This document shows, in pieces, positions 60,082 through 64,000 of a stretch of 64,000 bases of DNA. Position numbers and translations under genes: made by a program. The notes under the pieces were generated by a model. That model did not search any database and was not told where the DNA came from. It saw only the letters and a list, made by a program, of their open reading frames with translations. The stretch comes from an uncultured Undibacterium sp. (lineage in GTDB: Bacteria; Pseudomonadota; Gammaproteobacteria; Burkholderiales; Burkholderiaceae_D). How positions within the stretch are numbered: position 1 is the first letter of the stretch; each line of letters opens with the position of its first letter. The stretch is taken from NCBI GenBank assembly GCA_963511665.1, contig CAUPKC010000021.1, positions 4,511 to 68,510 of the forward strand, given 5' to 3'.

Positions 60082-62916
60082 ATGAAAAACAGCTTAACAC
60101 CATCCAATTCGCAATCTACTTCCGCAACTGTGTCAGCAAGTAACAAGACACTCAAATTAGGCAAACCACTTACACTCGCCAAAACTAAAGGTAACGCGCC
60201 ACAAGCCGAAACCCGCACGTTTGCAACGCCTGTGCTTGCTGAGTCACTAGAGTTAGATACTGGCGACATGGTTAAGACCCAAGTTCAATCTGTCACTGTT
60301 GTTACAAAGCGCCGTTCGCGTCTGGCGTTAGTAAGCACGCAGACCGCACCTGAAGACATCTCAACGACAGAGGTCGATAACGAAGAAGCAGAAAACATGA
60401 TGGCTTCGCAAGAGCAATTGGATGATCCAATTGCGCCAAACATGCAGATAGAACCCTTGTCTACACCTGCAACAGCAATTGAAACAAACGTTGAGGCAGC
60501 GGATACTGAACCAACTTCTGACATTGAAATTGAAATGATTGAAACAGCTGCAACGCCATTAGACGCAGAAGAAGATTATTCTCATCTTATGGCGACTCGC
60601 CCTGCCGGACCTGCGCCAGTGGTCAAAGTAAAGAAAAAGAAAATCATGGCGACTGTGGCCTCCTCGGGTTCTAACTCAGTTACTAGCGCAGTTACGAGCT
60701 TAGATGCTAGTTCAGAAGTCAGCGACTCAGAAGTGCCGGCAGTTGCGAGTACTGTTTTTACCAGTACCTCCGCAACCGCAATACCAACAAGAATGCCAGC
60801 AGAAAAACCTGCACCCAAAGCACGGGTAGCAAAAACGCCTATCAGCGCAGTAGAAACGACCAGTGGCAGCGCAGCCGCCAGTGTCGACACTTCGGCTTAT
60901 GCATTCCCAACGGTGAAAGAAGCGGCACGCCGCGGCCGCAAGCCTTCTTCACCGCAAGCTTACAATGAGGAAATTCACGCCTTCAATGCGCTTGAATCGT
61001 CCGAGTTAAAACGAGCTGCGCGTGTGAAAGCTGGCAAGGCAAGCGTAGCGTCAGCAAGCAAAGAACAATTAGAAGAATATCGCCAACGTCTAACTAAGTT
61101 AATTCAGTTAGGTAAAGACCGCAGCTATTTGACGCATGCTGAGATCAACGATCACTTGCCAGAAAATGTCGATGATCCAGAAATGATTCAAGGCATCATT
61201 AGTACCTTGAATGACGTCGGTATCGCTGTGTACGAGCAAGCACCTGATGCAACGATGTTACTGTTATCGGATAACGTGGCTACCTCTGTCAGTGACGACG
61301 ACGCCGAAGCAACCGCTGCGGTTGCTTTGTCTACGGTTGACTCCGACTTTGGTCGCACCACCGATCCGGTTCGTATGTATATGCGCGAAATGGGCGGTGC
61401 GGAATTATTGACTCGGAATGGCGAAATCGAAATTGCAAAACGCATCGAGACCGGCTTAAAAGATATGTTGCAAGCTATCTCTGCCTGCCCTTCTGTCATT
61501 AAAGAAGTCTTAAACACAGCAGAAAAAGTACGCAATGACGACATCATTATTGATGACATCATTGATGGTTTTCATGTGCCAGAAAGTCTAGATATTGCCC
61601 CTGCGATCATCGCTTCCGCCGATGACGACATCGATGAAGAAGAGGACGACGACGAGGGTGGCGCAGCAGAAACTAGCAATACCTTAAGTGCTGAGCAATT
61701 GGCACAAATGAAGGCGACCGCGTTAGAAAAATTTGCAGTGATCAAGACCAGCTTCGACGATATGTTTGCGCAGATAGAACAAAATGCTTACAAATCGCCC
61801 ACTTATGATGCTGCGCAAGAAAACGTCGCAAAAGAAATGGAAAGCATACGTTTCAGCGTTAAGACCACTGAAAAATGGTGTGATATTTTGCGTAAACAGA
61901 TGACGGAGTTACGTCAAACTGAAAAACGCATGTTGGAACTATTAGTTGATCGCTGCGGTATGCCGCGTGCTCATTTCATCGCAAATTTCATGAACAATGC
62001 CACTAATCGCGACTGGTTAGAGCAAGAAATGGAAGCACGCGAAGCCTATGGTGCAATTCTTAAACGCAATATACATGCGGCACGAGAGCTACAAGGTCGT
62101 CTGATCATACTAGAACAAGAATCCAAAATTCCATTGACAGAATTGCGTGCGATTCACAAAAAAATGATCTCAGCCGAGAAACGCACACGTGATGCTAAGG
62201 CGGCGATGACTGAGGCCAACTTGCGTCTGGTGATTTCTATCGCGAAAAAATACATCAACCGTGGCATGCAATTTTTGGACTTAATCCAAGAGGGCAATAT
62301 CGGCCTGCTCAAAGCAGTTGATAAGTTTGAATATCGTCGTGGTTATAAATTTTCTACCTATGCGACCTGGTGGATACGCCAAGCGATTTCTCGTGCTATC
62401 GCCGATCAGGCACGTACTATCCGCGTGCCCGTGCACATGATAGAAACGATTAACAAGTTAAATCGTATTAAGCGACAATGCTTGCAGCAAAATGGGACAG
62501 AACCCGATCCCGCCTTGATCGCTGAAAAAATGGATTTACCAGAAATAAAAGTCCGTGAAATTCTGAAAATTGCTAAAGAACCTGTTTCACTGGATGTACC
62601 AATCGGTGATGATGGCGACTCTCAATTGGGCGACTTCATCGAAGACAATATCACTTTGTCTCCAATGGCGGCGGCAATGCAAGCCTCAGTACAAGGTAAA
62701 CTGAAAGAAATTTTGGACGCCTTGAGCCCGCGTGAAGCAAAAGTATTGCGTATGCGTTTTGGCTTGGAAATGGCGAGCGACCATACCTTGGAAGAAGTTG
62801 GCAATCAATTTGACGTCACACGCGAGCGAATTCGTCAGATCGAAGCAAAAGCGATGAAAAAATTGCGCCACCCTTCTCGCTTGGAGCAATTGAAGAGTTT
62901 GCTAGAAAATAGCTAA
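60082..62916 (+). CDS. rpoD: RNA polymerase sigma factor RpoD with a ~326-aa low-complexity N-terminal extension
   Basis: Region 1.1 ([22 protein letters not shown]), an acidic non-conserved region, and regions 2-4 ([38 protein letters not shown]; [20 protein letters not shown]). The first ATG of the open frame is at 60082. The true start could be an internal Met. Confidence 0.9.
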   Translation: MKNSLTPSNSQSTSATVSASNKTLKLGKPLTLAKTKGNAPQAETRTFATPVLAESLELDTGDMVKTQVQSVTVVTKRRSRLALVSTQTAPEDISTTEVDNEEAENMMASQEQLDDPIAPNMQIEPLSTPATAIETNVEAADTEPTSDIEIEMIETAATPLDAEEDYSHLMATRPAGPAPVVKVKKKKIMATVASSGSNSVTSAVTSLDASSEVSDSEVPAVASTVFTSTSATAIPTRMPAEKPAPKARVAKTPISAVETTSGSAAASVDTSAYAFPTVKEAARRGRKPSSPQAYNEEIHAFNALESSELKRAARVKAGKASVASASKEQLEEYRQRLTKLIQLGKDRSYLTHAEINDHLPENVDDPEMIQGIISTLNDVGIAVYEQAPDATMLLLSDNVATSVSDDDAEATAAVALSTVDSDFGRTTDPVRMYMREMGGAELLTRNGEIEIAKRIETGLKDMLQAISACPSVIKEVLNTAEKVRNDDIIIDDIIDGFHVPESLDIAPAIIASADDDIDEEEDDDEGGAAETSNTLSAEQLAQMKATALEKFAVIKTSFDDMFAQIEQNAYKSPTYDAAQENVAKEMESIRFSVKTTEKWCDILRKQMTELRQTEKRMLELLVDRCGMPRAHFIANFMNNATNRDWLEQEMEAREAYGAILKRNIHAARELQGRLIILEQESKIPLTELRAIHKKMISAEKRTRDAKAAMTEANLRLVISIAKKYINRGMQFLDLIQEGNIGLLKAVDKFEYRRGYKFSTYATWWIRQAISRAIADQARTIRVPVHMIETINKLNRIKRQCLQQNGTEPDPALIAEKMDLPEIKVREILKIAKEPVSLDVPIGDDGDSQLGDFIEDNITLSPMAAAMQASVQGKLKEILDALSPREAKVLRMRFGLEMASDHTLEEVGNQFDVTRERIRQIEAKAMKKLRHPSRLEQLKSLLENS

Positions 62917-62956
62917 GCAAATTAAAGATCTACTTGAGCTTAAAAAGCTTAAGTAA

Positions 62957-63019
62957 AAAAATGCCAGTATCAATTCAAGCAGAGTACTACTCTCGCTTAT
63001 TTTGAAACTGGCATTTTTG
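62957..63019 (+). terminator. Long-loop hairpin plus T-run after rpoD
   Basis: atgccagt (62961-62968) / actggcat (63007-63014) with A/T extensions, followed by TTTTTGC. The 38-nt loop has its own small stem. Confidence 0.5.
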
Positions 63020-63085
63020 CTGCAAAACTTCAAAAACTAAACTAGCAAATTCAGTAAGTCGAAATCATGGATTCAAAGTAATCAA

Positions 63086-63637
63086 CTAAGTCAAAAAATC
63101 GAGTGCAAACCGTACTTGCTGTACACGTGATTCGACGCTTCCCTCAACCAGCATAAACGGAATCTCGCGCTCATCCAAAATGCTAATTAACTCTTCATGC
63201 ACTTGTTGACGCACTTGCGGTGATTCACGCTGTAAACCGTCGGGTGTCCATGGAAAATCGGGTGCTGTCACGACCGTAAATTGATAGTTGTGAACCAAAT
63301 CCATCGCCATCAGCTCAGGATCGAGCTCATCAAAATAAAGATGACTATATAAGGCTGTCATCATTGGCGTAGTATCACAAAATAGCCAAGTACTTGCTTG
63401 ATTGGCGGCCGCATTCTCCCGCTCCATCTGTGTTTTCGCAATCAACAATTGATCATCAGAACAAGGCACCCGTTCATTTTTCTCGACAAACTCACGCAAG
63501 TATTCCGGTACCCACAATGTCTTAAAATGTGTTGCCAAGGCTTGTGCCAGTAGGGACTTGCCGGAGGATTCTGCACCCAAAATTGCAATGCGATTTACAG
63601 GTGGAATCTGCACTTCTATTTCCTTACTTTTTTTCAT
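63086..63637 (-). CDS. NadR-type ribosylnicotinamide-kinase-like P-loop protein (AAA_28), stand-alone
   Basis: RIAILGAESSGKSLLAQALATHF..LWVPEYLREFVE is like the NadR C-terminal kinase domain. ATG at 63637 forms an ATGA overlap with the pnuC stop. The track ORF extends to 63658. Confidence 0.75.
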   Translation of the reverse strand: MKKSKEIEVQIPPVNRIAILGAESSGKSLLAQALATHFKTLWVPEYLREFVEKNERVPCSDDQLLIAKTQMERENAAANQASTWLFCDTTPMMTALYSHLYFDELDPELMAMDLVHNYQFTVVTAPDFPWTPDGLQRESPQVRQQVHEELISILDEREIPFMLVEGSVESRVQQVRFALDFLT

Positions 63638-64000
63638 GTCTTGCATGTTGCGCTCCAAACACGCGCACCATGTATTGCCATGACCACGAATACTGCATAT
63701 AAAATAGCTGTCAACATCAAATCTTTATAGAGATACAAAGCCACATACAAAACGTCGACAATGATCCACACCGTCCAGTTTTCAATTTTTTTACGTGAGA
63801 GCAAAGCTTGCCCCAACAAGCTACCTGCAGTCAATAAGCCATCTGCAGCCGGCACATCGGTATCCGTGCAAAACTTCAAAAATAAATACAGAATCGCAAA
63901 CATCAAGATGCACATCAATGTGGCCCATCTGCGTTCGACAGAATTCATCCGAGTCACAGCAAGTTCGCCGCCGTCGCTGGCGCCACGCAACCATTGCGAC
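63634..64000 (-). CDS. pnuC: Nicotinamide riboside transporter PnuC (C-terminal part; 5' end beyond window)
   Basis: GSLLGQALLSRKKIENWTVWIIVDVLYVALYLY is a PnuC signature region. The frame stays open to position 64000. Confidence 0.8.
   Translation of the reverse strand, partial: SQWLRGASDGGELAVTRMNSVERRWATLMCILMFAILYLFLKFCTDTDVPAADGLLTAGSLLGQALLSRKKIENWTVWIIVDVLYVALYLYKDLMLTAILYAVFVVMAIHGARVWSATCKT

Overview
The window is mostly core chromosome and looks betaproteobacterial. The gene order is Burkholderiales-like and G+C is roughly 45-50% by eye. Positions 1-22400 hold a TCA-cycle supercluster: zapE-lpdA-(SHOCT/PspC)-sucB-sucA, gltA-sdhE-sdhBADC, a GntR regulator, mdh, a citE-like gene and acnA. 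Next come a GNAT acetyltransferase, metC, rimO and a phaC-phaB-phaR PHA cluster. They are followed by pgeF-rluD, bamD, yaaA, a lone PIN gene, an isolated cheZ-cheA pair, selO-msrB-yciB-bolA-ppiC, ispFD, mfd and serB. The last third holds a SIMPL / M56-TonB_C x2 / BlaI module, a GST, a 411-aa hypothetical protein, an M14 carboxypeptidase-CYTH pair and tRNA-Pro(GGG). A small AT-rich two-gene islet ending at tRNA-Ser(CGA) follows, then an EAL-CBS-GGDDF protein, serS, a very long rpoD and a nadR-like kinase coupled to pnuC. I saw no transposase, integrase, rRNA or CRISPR array, and no obvious multi-gene defence-type or other novel system. The points most worth a second look are: a 1-nt frameshift splitting acnA; four TCTAGA palindromes spaced exactly 14 bp apart in front of the BlaI/M56-TonB module; a consensus-like promoter plus terminator mini-transcript upstream of rpoD; a ~326-aa low-complexity N-terminal extension on RpoD; the orphan cheZ-cheA pair; the tRNA-bracketed AT-rich islet; and a structured sucA leader. 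All family assignments come from reading the translations by eye. No database search was run.
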